DNA of 64,000 nt from Oscillospiraceae bacterium (GCA_016288755.1 JAEELE010000074.1:32711-96710), one strand, 5' to 3'; counted from the first letter of the stretch, positions 34,811 through 43,521 are shown. Program-made: numbers and translations. Notes: generated from the letters alone by a model not told the origin.

Positions 34811-35770
34811 TCAGATGCTGATGACCTTGGTGAGCTCATAGAGGTCGTCATCAAACGGCTTCTTCATCTGAAGCGCCTCCTGAATGTCATAGTCCACGAG
34901 CTTGGTGCCGCGGATGCCGACGACGCGGTTGCCGATGCCCTTCTCGAGCAGGTTGACGGCATAGTTGCCCATCTGGCTTGCGAGAACGCGGTCGCGCACG
35001 GTCGGCGAGCCGCCGCGCTGCACATGACCGAGGATCGTTGCGCGGGATTCGATGCCCGTCTCCTCCTCGATGCGCTTTGCGAGCTCCTGCGAGCCGCCGA
35101 TGCCCTCTGCGACGATGATGATGAAGTTCTGCTTGCCGAGCTTGCGGCTCGCCTGCATCTTCGCGATCATCTCTTCAATATTGTACTCCTTCTCAGGGCA
35201 CAGCACCTCGACGGCGCCGCATGCGACTGCGGTATTGACCGCGATATAGCCCGCATCTCTGCCCATGACCTCAACGACCGAACAGCGGTCGTGGCTGTGG
35301 CTGGTGTCGCGGAGCTTGTCCACCAGCTCGACGACCGTGTTCATCGCGGTGTCGTAGCCGATGGTGAAATCGGTGCTGGAGATATCGTTGTCGATCGTGC
35401 CCGGCAGACCGATGGTCGGGATGCCGTGGCGGGACAGATCGCCCGCGCCTCTGTAGGAGCCGTCGCCGCCGATGACGACCAGACCCTCAATGCCCATATC
35501 ATGACATGCCTGCACGCCCTTGAGGACGCCAGCCTCCTCCTTGAACTCCTTGCAGCGTGCGGAGAAGAGCTTCGTGCCGCCGCGCTGGATGATTGAGGAG
35601 ACGGAACGCACGTCCATCTCGTAGACATCGCCGTTGAGCAGACCGTTGTAGCCTCTGTTGATGCCGACGACCGTCATGCCCTTATAGATCGCGGTGCGCA
35701 CAACCGCGCGGATTGCCGCGTTCATGCCCGGCGCATCGCCGCCGCTCGTCAATACTCCGATACGTTTCAT
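34811..35770 (-). CDS. pfkA: ATP-dependent 6-phosphofructokinase
   Basis: 319 aa: MKRIGVLTSGGDAPGMNAAIRAVVR, GGDGSYRGA, TIDNDI. Confidence 0.96.
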   Translation of the reverse strand: MKRIGVLTSGGDAPGMNAAIRAVVRTAIYKGMTVVGINRGYNGLLNGDVYEMDVRSVSSIIQRGGTKLFSARCKEFKEEAGVLKGVQACHDMGIEGLVVIGGDGSYRGAGDLSRHGIPTIGLPGTIDNDISSTDFTIGYDTAMNTVVELVDKLRDTSHSHDRCSVVEVMGRDAGYIAVNTAVACGAVEVLCPEKEYNIEEMIAKMQASRKLGKQNFIIIVAEGIGGSQELAKRIEEETGIESRATILGHVQRGGSPTVRDRVLASQMGNYAVNLLEKGIGNRVVGIRGTKLVDYDIQEALQMKKPFDDDLYELTKVISI

Positions 35771-35854
35771 ACTGTGATTTTCCTCCCATTCTCACCGCAG
35801 ATGCGGTATCATCCTTTTCATGGGTGTGCTGTCAGAAACACACTGTCCCTTTCT

Positions 35855-35883
35855 ATTTTACTAGTTTGACGTAAATTTGTCAA
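35855..35883 (-). promoter_or_regulatory. Sigma-A type promoter of pfkA
   Basis: Minus strand: TTGACA (35878-35883, overlapping the spoIIID stop codon), 17 nt spacer, TAAAAT (35855-35860). Confidence 0.6.
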
Positions 35884-36212
35884 GGGGGGAAGACCGATTT
35901 TCTTGCAGTTTTCATCTGCAGGGCAGTTTTCGGGGCGATTTTCCGCTGCTGCTCATATTTCCGCTTGGTGGCAAGCCCGCCCCGGAGGTGGCGCTCCTGC
36001 TTGTTCTTCTCGATGATGCAGCGCACCTGCTCATAGAGCCCCGCGTGGAGCAGCGGCAGGCGCGACGTGATATCCTTGTGCACGGTCGATTTCGAGATGC
36101 CGAACACGGCGGCGGTCATGCGCACGGTGGCTCCGTGCTCTGCGATATAGCTCCCGAGCTGCACGGCGCGGTCGTCGAGCGCCTGTGCCGAATCAATGCG
36201 GTGATGCTTCAT
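35880..36212 (-). CDS. spoIIID: Sporulation transcriptional regulator SpoIIID
   Basis: 110 aa. HTH region VRMTAAVFGISKSTVHKDITSRLP and the HLRGGLATKRKY motif parallel B. subtilis SpoIIID. Confidence 0.88.
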   Translation of the reverse strand: MKHHRIDSAQALDDRAVQLGSYIAEHGATVRMTAAVFGISKSTVHKDITSRLPLLHAGLYEQVRCIIEKNKQERHLRGGLATKRKYEQQRKIAPKTALQMKTARKSVFPP

Positions 36213-36292
36213 CCGGTATCACTCCTCATAGGCAATCCATTGCCGTTTGCTAGAGCCTATGCACCGCGAAGCAAAATCATTCCGGACGGGGC

Positions 36293-36349
36293 TTGACAAA
36301 TACCCCCGATGGGTATATAATAGAAGCAGAAAATACCCGTCCGGGGTAT
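36293..36349 (+). promoter_or_regulatory. csoR-copA promoter with two CsoR-type operators
   Basis: TTGACA (36293-36298), 17 nt spacer, TATAAT (36316-36321). The palindrome ATACCCCCGATGGGTAT (36300-36316) fills the spacer. A second palindrome ATACCCGTCCGGGGTAT (36333-36349) lies just downstream. Confidence 0.75.
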
Positions 36350-36368
36350 CATGAACGGAGGGCAACGC

Positions 36369-36680
36369 ATGGAACATGATCTGAATACGCCGTGCTGCTG
36401 TCAGAAGCACACCGCGCGCTCCGACGAGGAGCGGAAACGGCTCATCAACCGCCTGAGGCGCATTGAGGGGCAGGTGCGCGGGCTGCAGAGCATGCTCGAA
36501 AAGGACGCCTACTGCACCGATATTCTCACGCAGTGCGCGGCGGTCAAGGCGGCGCTCAATGCCTTCGACCGCGATCTGCTCGCAAGGCATATCCGCACCT
36601 GCGTCGTGCGCGACCTGAAAAACGGCGACGAATCCGTCATCGACGAGCTCGCCGACACCATTCAAAGAATGATGAAATGA
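36369..36680 (+). CDS. csoR: CsoR-family copper-sensing transcriptional repressor
   Basis: LINRLRRIEGQVRGLQSMLEKDAYCTDILTQCAAVKAAL is a CsoR/RcnR signature with the ligand Cys. ATG at 36369 lies 6 nt after GGAGGG. Confidence 0.88.
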   Translation: MEHDLNTPCCCQKHTARSDEERKRLINRLRRIEGQVRGLQSMLEKDAYCTDILTQCAAVKAALNAFDRDLLARHIRTCVVRDLKNGDESVIDELADTIQRMMK

Positions 36681-36860
36681 GCGCGGAGCCCGCGCGGGCA
36701 TTTCCCTTCGGGTACATTGCAGCGGAGCCTCCCAATACTACATAATGCACGGCGCTGATCGCGCCTTCTTATCAGTCATTTCTCCCAATGCTTCTATAAA
36801 TCAGCGGCGGGAACAACAGCACCGGAACAGCTCCTCACTCCTCACTCCTAACTTCTAACT
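36681..36860. repeat. Dispersed intergenic repeat, copy R4 (left-arm half element) between csoR and copA
   Basis: gcgcggagcccgcgcgggcatttccc...gcggagcctcccaatacta...ggcgctgatcgcgccttctt aligns with 26165-26250 of R3. It ends with ggaacagctcctcactcctcactcctaacttctaact (36824-36860). Confidence 0.85.
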
Positions 36861-36903
36861 ATGCTTCCAACAGAATAGTTTTCTGCTCAAATAACGAAAG
36901 GGT

Positions 36904-39405
36904 GTGATTCCTTTGACCCAATACCGTGTCACCGGGATGAGCTGTGCGGCTTGCAGCGCGCGCGTGGAAAAGGCGGTCAGCGGCGTGGCGGGCGTGCAAA
37001 GCTGCGCGGTCAGCCTGCTGACGAACTCGATGGGCGTCGAGGGCGATGCCGACCCCGCGGCTGTCATCGCGGCGGTCACCGAGGCGGGCTACGGCGCCTC
37101 GCTCAAGGATGCGGCGCAGCCCGAAGCCTCTGAGGATGCCCTCGCCGACACCGAAACGCCGAGGCTCGTCCGGCGGCTGATCGCCTCGGCGGTGCTGCTG
37201 CTCGTGCTGATGTATTTCTCGATGGGGCACATGATGTGGGACTTCCCCGTACCCGCGTTCTTTGCGGGCAATCACATCGGGCTGTCGCTGCTGCAGATGC
37301 TGCTCGCCGCCGCGGTCATGGTCATCAACGGGCGGTTCTTCGTCAGCGGCTTCCGGGCTGCACTGCACCGCGCCCCCAACATGGACACGCTCGTCGCGAT
37401 GGGGTCGGGGGTATCCTTTGTCTGGAGCGTCTGCATCGTTTTCGCGATGACCCGCGCCGACAGCGAAGCCGCGCACAGCCTGATGATGCAGCTCTATTTT
37501 GAATCCGCGGCGATGATCCTCACGCTGATCACGGTCGGCAAGACGCTCGAGGCGCGCGCGAAGGGCAGAACGACCGACGCGCTCAAGGGGCTGATGTCGC
37601 TCGCGCCGAAAACCGCGCTGATACTGGAAAATCAGGTCGAGCGGGAGGTGCCTGTATCACAGGTGAGACCCGGGACGGTCTTTGTCGTGCGCCCCGGTGC
37701 CGCGATCCCCGCAGACGGCATTGTGCGGTCGGGTGCGGCGGCGGTCGACGAATCGGCGCTGACCGGCGAGAGCATCCCGGTCGACAAGGCGGCTGGCGAT
37801 CCCGTCAGCGCGGGCACGGTCAACAAATCGGGCTATATGACCTGTGAGGCGACGAAAACCGGCGAAGATACGGCGCTTTCGCAGATCATCCGCATGGTGG
37901 GCGACGCCGCCGCGACCAAGGCGCCGATCGCAAAGCTCGCCGACAGGGTCTCCGGGGTATTCGTGCCGGCGGTGCTCGCGGTCGCCGCGGTGACCTTCGC
38001 CGTCTGGCTGCTGCTCGGGCAGACCCCTGCCTATGCGCTTGCCCGGGGGGTATCGGTGCTGGTCATCAGCTGCCCCTGCGCGCTCGGGCTCGCCACGCCG
38101 GTCGCGATCACGGTCGCAAACGGCGTCGGCGCAAGGCACGGCATTCTCTATAAAACCGCCGCCGCGCTCGAGGAGACCGGGCGCGTGCAGACCGTCGTGC
38201 TCGACAAGACCGGCACCGTGACGCAGGGCGCGCCGTCGGTCACCGATCTGCTGCCCGCCGACGGCGTGACCGAATCGGAGCTGCTGACGCTGGCGGCTTC
38301 GCTGGAGCAGTTCAGCGAGCACCCGCTTGGCAGGGCGGTCACGGAATATGCGCAGGCACGCGGAATTTCGCTGTCCGATGCCGACGGTTTCTCGTCGGAG
38401 GCGGGCGCGGGGGTATCGGCGCAGGTTGGCGGACATGCCCTGCGCGGCTGTAACGGTCAGACCGCCGCCGGGATCTGTGATATCCCGGAAGACATGCAGC
38501 GTCAGGCGGAATTGCTCGCGGGATCAGGCAAAACGCCGCTGTGGTTCATCCGTGACGGCAGGCTGCTCGGCATCATTGCCGCTGCCGACACGATCAAGCC
38601 CGACAGCGCCTTCGCGGTCGCCGAGCTCAAAAAGCTGGGGCTCTCGGTCATCATGCTGACCGGCGACAACGCGCGCACCGCCGAAGCGATCGGCAGGCAG
38701 GCGGGCGTCGACCGCGTCATCTCCGACGTCAGACCCGACGGCAAGGAGCAGGTCATCCGGGAGTTGGCGGAGCAGGGCACCGTCTGCATGGTCGGCGACG
38801 GCATCAACGACGCGCCCGCCCTCACCCGCGCCGACGTCGGCATGGCGATCGGCACCGGCACCGACATCGCGGTCGATGCGGCAGACGCCGTGCTGATGCA
38901 GCCCTCGCTGACCGGCGTGCTCAATGCGGTACGCCTGAGCCGTGCGGCGCTGCAGAAGATCCGGCAGAACCTTTTCTGGGCATTCTGCTACAACATCATC
39001 GGCATACCGCTCGCAGCGGGCGTGCTCGTGCCGTTCGGGCTGACGCTCAGTCCGATGTTCGGTGCGGCTGCGATGAGCCTCTCGAGCTTCTGTGTGGTCA
39101 CAAACGCGCTGCGGCTCAACCTCTTCAAGCCGGTCACATCCCCGGAGACGGCGGATGTCCGAGATACCAAAATCATCGAAATGAAAGGCAGGAACCAGAC
39201 TATGAAGACACTGGAGATCAAGGGCATGATGTGCCCGCACTGTGAGGCACATGTCAAAAAGGCGCTCGAGGGCATCGGTCTGACCGTGCAGAGCGTCAGC
39301 CACGAGAGCGGCACGGCTGCGGTCGAGGCAGCAGAGACCGTGGACGAGGCAGCCATCCGCAAGGCGATCACTGACGCCGGCTATGAGCTGACGGGAATCC
39401 GGTAA
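36904..39405 (+). CDS. copA: Copper-translocating P1B-type ATPase with N- and C-terminal HMA domains
   Basis: N-terminal HMA GMSCAACSARVEKA. CPC motif (SCPCALGLATP), DKTGT, and GDGINDAP. An extra C-terminal HMA GMMCPHCEAHVKKAL after the last TM segment. The start is uncertain (GTG 36904 or in-frame TTG 36913). Confidence 0.93.
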   Translation: MIPLTQYRVTGMSCAACSARVEKAVSGVAGVQSCAVSLLTNSMGVEGDADPAAVIAAVTEAGYGASLKDAAQPEASEDALADTETPRLVRRLIASAVLLLVLMYFSMGHMMWDFPVPAFFAGNHIGLSLLQMLLAAAVMVINGRFFVSGFRAALHRAPNMDTLVAMGSGVSFVWSVCIVFAMTRADSEAAHSLMMQLYFESAAMILTLITVGKTLEARAKGRTTDALKGLMSLAPKTALILENQVEREVPVSQVRPGTVFVVRPGAAIPADGIVRSGAAAVDESALTGESIPVDKAAGDPVSAGTVNKSGYMTCEATKTGEDTALSQIIRMVGDAAATKAPIAKLADRVSGVFVPAVLAVAAVTFAVWLLLGQTPAYALARGVSVLVISCPCALGLATPVAITVANGVGARHGILYKTAAALEETGRVQTVVLDKTGTVTQGAPSVTDLLPADGVTESELLTLAASLEQFSEHPLGRAVTEYAQARGISLSDADGFSSEAGAGVSAQVGGHALRGCNGQTAAGICDIPEDMQRQAELLAGSGKTPLWFIRDGRLLGIIAAADTIKPDSAFAVAELKKLGLSVIMLTGDNARTAEAIGRQAGVDRVISDVRPDGKEQVIRELAEQGTVCMVGDGINDAPALTRADVGMAIGTGTDIAVDAADAVLMQPSLTGVLNAVRLSRAALQKIRQNLFWAFCYNIIGIPLAAGVLVPFGLTLSPMFGAAAMSLSSFCVVTNALRLNLFKPVTSPETADVRDTKIIEMKGRNQTMKTLEIKGMMCPHCEAHVKKALEGIGLTVQSVSHESGTAAVEAAETVDEAAIRKAITDAGYELTGIR

Positions 39406-39418
39406 CAGCCAAGAATCA

Positions 39419-39598
39419 AAGCGAGGAGTGAAAAGTGAGGAATGAGAAGTGAGAAACGGCGGTATCGCTTCGTGATGGATTTTGAATGAGGCAAGCCCCA
39501 AGTCCCTTGTGCAACCTTCGTTCAGCCGCTTATCCCGGATAACGGAACAACTCCTCCCTTCTCACTCCCAACTTCTCACTCGGCTTTCTCTCTCCTAC
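39419..39598. repeat. Dispersed intergenic repeat, copy R5 (right-arm half element, opposite orientation)
   Basis: Purine tract gaggagtgaaaagtgaggaatgagaagtgagaaa (39423-39456). ggcggtatcgcttcgtgatggattttgaatgaggcaagccccaagtcccttgt aligns with the reverse complement of 26296-26354. It ends with ggaacaactcctcccttctcactcccaacttctcact. Confidence 0.85.
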
Positions 39599-39684
39599 CA
39601 TAAAATTTTTTCTGCGCCGTGTGATATTTGACCCGCCTCGGTTGTTTGTGTAGTGAAAGGTCTTTCAGAAGGAGCGCAGATTCC

Positions 39685-40158
39685 ATGGAACAGGCACAGA
39701 TGGCGGAAATCTACGACCGCCTCAAAAACACGGTCTACCGCACGGCACTCGCCTACTGCCGCAATGTGCAGGACGCCGAGGATATCACGCACGATATGTT
39801 TCTCAAGCGGTTTGCGCGGGAGCAGCCCTTTCCCGATGCGGAATCGGAAAAGGCTTGGATGCTCCGCGTGACGGTCAACGCATGCAAAAACCTGCTTCGG
39901 TGCTTCCGAAGACGGCATTCCGTGCCGCTCGACGACGCAAAGGAGCTCTGCGTCACGCCCGAGGAGCACACGCTCTGGGAGGCGGTCTGCGCGCTGCCCG
40001 CGAAATACCGCCTTGTCATCCACCTCTATTATTATGAGGGGTATTCCGTCCGCGAGATCGCACAGATGCTCAGAAAAACAGAGACCGCCGTACAGACGCA
40101 GCTTTACCGCGCAAGAAAGCTGCTGCGCGAGGCGCTCGGAGAGGAGATCACACCGTGA
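39685..40158 (+). CDS. ECF-type sigma-70 family RNA polymerase sigma factor
   Basis: 157 aa from the ATG at 39685 (GAAGGAG upstream). Region 2 DAEDITHDMFLK, region 4 GYSVREIAQMLRKTETAVQTQLYRARKLL. Confidence 0.85.
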   Translation: MEQAQMAEIYDRLKNTVYRTALAYCRNVQDAEDITHDMFLKRFAREQPFPDAESEKAWMLRVTVNACKNLLRCFRRRHSVPLDDAKELCVTPEEHTLWEAVCALPAKYRLVIHLYYYEGYSVREIAQMLRKTETAVQTQLYRARKLLREALGEEITP

Positions 40159-40937
40159 ATATGCAGATTTTCTGCCGCGTGACAGACCGCATCACCGTTT
40201 CTGAACAATGCAGGGAGGAGGTATTGCATATGGCAATGCAAAAACATCAAAGGCATACCGTAAGAAGGCATCTGCTCGGCGCACTGGCGGGCGCAGCCTG
40301 TGCAGGAATTGCCGGGAGCGTCGTGCTTGCATCGGCAGGGTGGCGTAAACCCGCAGAAATACCGCAGCCAGACACTGCCGCGGCGGAACCGCTCATCGCA
40401 GAAGCACCCGAGCCGGTCATCGTGACCGACGCCCCGTCCTTTACTGTCGGGGAGAAGGTCTATCATAAGCCGATCACGCAGGAGGAGATCGCAGAGCTGA
40501 CGATCGAGGAGCGCACAGAGCTTGCCAAGCAGGATCACAATGATCTTGCGGTCTGCGGCTGCACGCTGCAAAGCATTGAAACAGAATCTGCGGACAAACG
40601 AGGCTATGCGTTTACGCTGAATGCTTCCGATCTCTATGCGGCACAGGGCTGCTCGGATACGCTGAAGCTGACGGTGCGGCTGCGCAGTGCGGACGGCACT
40701 GCTGCCCCAGTCACCGGCGCAGACGGTACGGTATCGGATTCTGTGTGCTGCCCGCTTTCGGCGGATGACACAGCGGTCACACTGCCGTTTTACATTGACA
40801 GCGACGCCGCGGAGAACGGCAGTCTGACAATGGAATACACGGTCAGTGTTGACTGGATCATTCTGAATTACGAAAGGAAAACCGATTATCCGCTGTTTAC
40901 GGATGAAAAGCCGCTCAGCATTACCAATGAAACCTGA
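40155..40937 (+). CDS. Putative anti-sigma factor (single-pass membrane protein)
   Basis: Its start overlaps the sigma stop codon (GTGA). One TM helix (LLGALAGAACAGIAGSVVLASAG) follows a short cytoplasmic N-terminus, then a ~190 aa extracytoplasmic domain of unknown fold. Confidence 0.6.
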   Translation: MNMQIFCRVTDRITVSEQCREEVLHMAMQKHQRHTVRRHLLGALAGAACAGIAGSVVLASAGWRKPAEIPQPDTAAAEPLIAEAPEPVIVTDAPSFTVGEKVYHKPITQEEIAELTIEERTELAKQDHNDLAVCGCTLQSIETESADKRGYAFTLNASDLYAAQGCSDTLKLTVRLRSADGTAAPVTGADGTVSDSVCCPLSADDTAVTLPFYIDSDAAENGSLTMEYTVSVDWIILNYERKTDYPLFTDEKPLSITNET

Positions 40938-40943
40938 AACAGG

Positions 40944-40973
40944 GGGCTTGGAGCACAAACTCCAAGCCCTTTG
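40944..40973 (+). terminator. Terminator hairpin belonging to the conserved GGGCTTGGAG...CTCCAAGCCC family
   Basis: GGGCTTGGAG-cacaaa-CTCCAAGCCC, then TTTG. The following ttgcttgtccgcaatacc resembles tttgtctgtccaatgc after the hairpin at 26083-26108. Confidence 0.7.
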
Positions 40974-41025
40974 CTTGTCCGCAATACCGGGCGGATATTC
41001 CTGTATCAGATTTTGCATCTTCCGC

Positions 41026-41054
41026 TTGACAGTTAAACTGAATTTTGGTATAAT
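41026..41054 (+). promoter_or_regulatory. Consensus sigma-A promoter of the mgtE leader
   Basis: TTGACA (41026-41031), 17 nt spacer, TATAAT (41049-41054). Confidence 0.75.
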
Positions 41055-41060
41055 AGATGT

Positions 41061-41313
41061 GTTGCAGGAGAACAATGATAAAGTGAGGTGAGCATAGTGG
41101 CGAACAGTGACAGTTGCGGTTCAAACCGGCGAAGCATGCTTCAAGCCGTCGGAACTGACACGGCAGAGGATCGCCCTCCCGCCGCCCTTGCTCTCCGGCT
41201 TGAAGCTGCTGACCCCGTCTGAACCGCAGACAGGGGTCTTTTTACTGGTTTGTCCGTTACGGCTGTCATGAGATCTGCAGCAGATTTCATGCGCACGAAA
41301 CGGAGGATTTCCT
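41061..41313 (+). promoter_or_regulatory. Structured ~250 nt leader of mgtE (riboswitch-like; possible Mg-sensing M-box, unconfirmed)
   Basis: Long-range 11-bp helix GCTTCAAGCCG (41138-41148) / CGGCTTGAAGC (41196-41206), an AGGUGAG segment near the 5' end, and an internal terminator. The mgtE context is the classical M-box location, but I could not match the full consensus by eye. Confidence 0.45.
41211..41243 (+). terminator. Leader terminator upstream of mgtE
   Basis: GACCCCGTCTG-aaccg-CAGACAGGGGTC followed by TTTTT, 70 nt before the mgtE ATG. Confidence 0.8.
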
Positions 41314-42753
41314 ATGGCAGAGGAAACAAAGCTCACGGATACCGCAGCCGACACCGAAGCGGCTGTCGCGAGTATCCCGGATTACGAACGCGAGATCATC
41401 ACGATCATTCGCGGCAATGCCAGCCCGAAGGCGATGCAGCAGAAGCTCGAGGGCTATCACGGCAAGGACATCGCGGAGGTCATGGATGCCCTGACCGTGC
41501 AGGAGCGCAGACGGCTCTACCGCGTCTGTGCCGCCGACCTGCTCTCCGAGGCGTTTGAATACCTCGACGAAGCAACCGCCGGCATCTATCTCAACGAAAT
41601 GGACCTCTCAAAAGCGGCAGAGGTCGTCTCTCAGCTCGAGACCGACACCGCTGCCGACGTGCTCCACGAGATCGCGAAGGACAAGCGCATTCTCATCATC
41701 GAGGCGCTCCCGCCCGATATCCGCGACGAGATCCGCCTGATCGCATCCTTCGACGAGGACGAGATCGGCAGCCGCATGACGACCAACTGCATCGTCATCC
41801 GCGAGAATCTCTCGGTCAAGGCGGCAATGAGCGAGCTCGTGCGGCAGGCAGAGGACAACGACAACATCTCCACGCTGTTCGTGGTCGATGAGCACCGCGC
41901 TTTCTACGGCGCGATCGACCTCAAGGAGCTGATCACCGCGCGCAGCGGGCAGCCGCTCGAGAGCCTGATCGTCACGTCATTCCCCTATGTTTACGCGCAC
42001 GAGACAATCGACGACTGTATCGAAAAGCTCAAGGACTATTCCGAGGACTCCATTCCGGTGCTCGACAACAGCAACCGGCTGCTCGGCGTCATCACCGCGA
42101 AGAGCATCATCGAGGTCGTCGACGACGAAATGGGCGAGGACTACGCGCGTCTGGCAGGTCTGACCGCGGAGGAGGACCTGCAGGAGCCGCTGGGGCAGAG
42201 CATGAAGAAGCGTCTGCCGTGGCTGCTGATTTTGCTCGCGCTCGGCTTGGTCGTCTCGGCGGTCGTCGGCGTGTTTGAGCGCGTGATCGCACAGCTCACG
42301 CTGATCATGGCATTCCAGTCGCTCATTCTCGATATGGCGGGCAATGTCGGCACGCAGTCGCTCGCGGTCACCATCCGCGTGCTGATCGACGAAAACCTGA
42401 CCTTTAAGCAGAAAATGCATCTGGTCGGCAAGGAGATGCGCGTCGGCTTCTGCAACGGTCTGCTGCTGGGGTCACTGTCATTCCTGTTTGTCGGCGTGTA
42501 TATCATGCTCTTCAAGCACCGCGGCGCGCTGTTTTCGTTCTCGGTGTCGGGGTGCATCGGCATCTCGCTGCTGCTGGCAATGCTGATCTCCAGCGCCGTC
42601 GGCACGCTGATCCCGCTGTTCTTTAAGAAAATCAAGGTCGACCCGGCAGTTGCCTCCGGTCCGCTCATCACGACCATCAACGACCTTGTCGCCGTCGTGA
42701 CGTATTACGGTATGAGCTGGCTGCTGCTGCTCAATGTTCTGAAGCTCGCATGA
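41314..42753 (+). CDS. mgtE: Magnesium transporter MgtE
   Basis: 479 aa. MgtE N-domain, a CBS pair, and a C-terminal 5-TM domain ending with GPLITTINDLVAVVTYY. Confidence 0.93.
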   Translation: MAEETKLTDTAADTEAAVASIPDYEREIITIIRGNASPKAMQQKLEGYHGKDIAEVMDALTVQERRRLYRVCAADLLSEAFEYLDEATAGIYLNEMDLSKAAEVVSQLETDTAADVLHEIAKDKRILIIEALPPDIRDEIRLIASFDEDEIGSRMTTNCIVIRENLSVKAAMSELVRQAEDNDNISTLFVVDEHRAFYGAIDLKELITARSGQPLESLIVTSFPYVYAHETIDDCIEKLKDYSEDSIPVLDNSNRLLGVITAKSIIEVVDDEMGEDYARLAGLTAEEDLQEPLGQSMKKRLPWLLILLALGLVVSAVVGVFERVIAQLTLIMAFQSLILDMAGNVGTQSLAVTIRVLIDENLTFKQKMHLVGKEMRVGFCNGLLLGSLSFLFVGVYIMLFKHRGALFSFSVSGCIGISLLLAMLISSAVGTLIPLFFKKIKVDPAVASGPLITTINDLVAVVTYYGMSWLLLLNVLKLA

Positions 42754-42818
42754 ATCATGCTCCGGATGCGTGCCGTCGGCATCTGTCCGGAGCATTTTCT
42801 GCATGAAGGGAGAAGACT

Positions 42819-43448
42819 GTGGCTTTTGACTACAAAAAGGAAATGAAGGCGCTCTACGCACCGAAGGCTGAGCCCGCGATCGTCACCGTGCCGAAGGCGG
42901 CGTTTCTCGCGGTGCGCGGCGAGGGCGACCCAAACGCCGAGGGCGGCAGCTATGCGCAGGCACTGAATGTGCTCTATGCCCTCGCCTACACGCTGAAAAT
43001 GAGTCCGAAAAGCGGGCACGCGATCCCGGGATATTTTGAATATGTCGTGCCGCCGCTCGAGGGCTTCTGGCGCACCGAGAAGCCCGGGATGCCCGACCTG
43101 ACCGACAAATCCGCGTTTCAGTGGATCTCGGTCATCCGCCTGCCGGAGTTTGTCACGCAGGCGGAATTTGCTTGGGCGGTCGAAATGGCATCGCGCAAAA
43201 AGCAGCTCGACTGTTCCGCTGCCGGGCTGCTGGAGATCGAGGAGGGGCTCTGCGTGCAGATGCTGCACGTCGGACCCTATGACAACGAGCCCGCGACCGT
43301 CGCGCGCATGGACGCCTTCGCCGCGGAGCAGGGCTATGTGACGGATTTCTCCGACACGCGGCTGCACCATGAGATCTACCTCTCCGACCCGCGCCGCACC
43401 GCCCCCGAAAAGCTGAAAACAGTCATCCGGCACCCGATCAGGAAATGA
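42819..43448 (+). CDS. GyrI-like small-molecule-binding domain protein
   Basis: 209 aa. Typical MAFDYKKEMKALY...FLAVRGEGDPN...EGFW...QMLHVGPYDNE...HEIYLSDPRR pattern. Confidence 0.75.
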   Translation: MAFDYKKEMKALYAPKAEPAIVTVPKAAFLAVRGEGDPNAEGGSYAQALNVLYALAYTLKMSPKSGHAIPGYFEYVVPPLEGFWRTEKPGMPDLTDKSAFQWISVIRLPEFVTQAEFAWAVEMASRKKQLDCSAAGLLEIEEGLCVQMLHVGPYDNEPATVARMDAFAAEQGYVTDFSDTRLHHEIYLSDPRRTAPEKLKTVIRHPIRK

Positions 43449-43521
43449 GAAATGAAAAATGAGAAATGAGAAATGGAGCAGTCACCTTTGCGCTGAAGCC
43501 TTTCGCAAGGATTGCTGCTCC
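43441..43521. repeat. Dispersed intergenic repeat, copy R6 (purine heptad tract plus hairpin)
   Basis: ggaaatgagaaatgaaaaatgagaaatgagaaatggag begins within the last codons and stop of the preceding gene. It is followed by the hairpin GGAGCAG...CTGCTCC (43475-43521). Confidence 0.75.

Noticed and set aside
39685-40937. SigI/RsgI-type cellulosome regulator pair
   Set aside because: The sigma factors here are short (about 157-200 aa) ECF-like proteins with regions 2 and 4 only. The anti-sigma proteins lack the RsgI N-terminal domain and any recognisable CBM. The analogy is kept only as a hypothesis.
41061-41313. Confident annotation of the mgtE leader as an M-box riboswitch
   Set aside because: Only scattered consensus fragments could be matched by eye. 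It is reported as an unclassified terminator-containing leader pending a covariance-model search.
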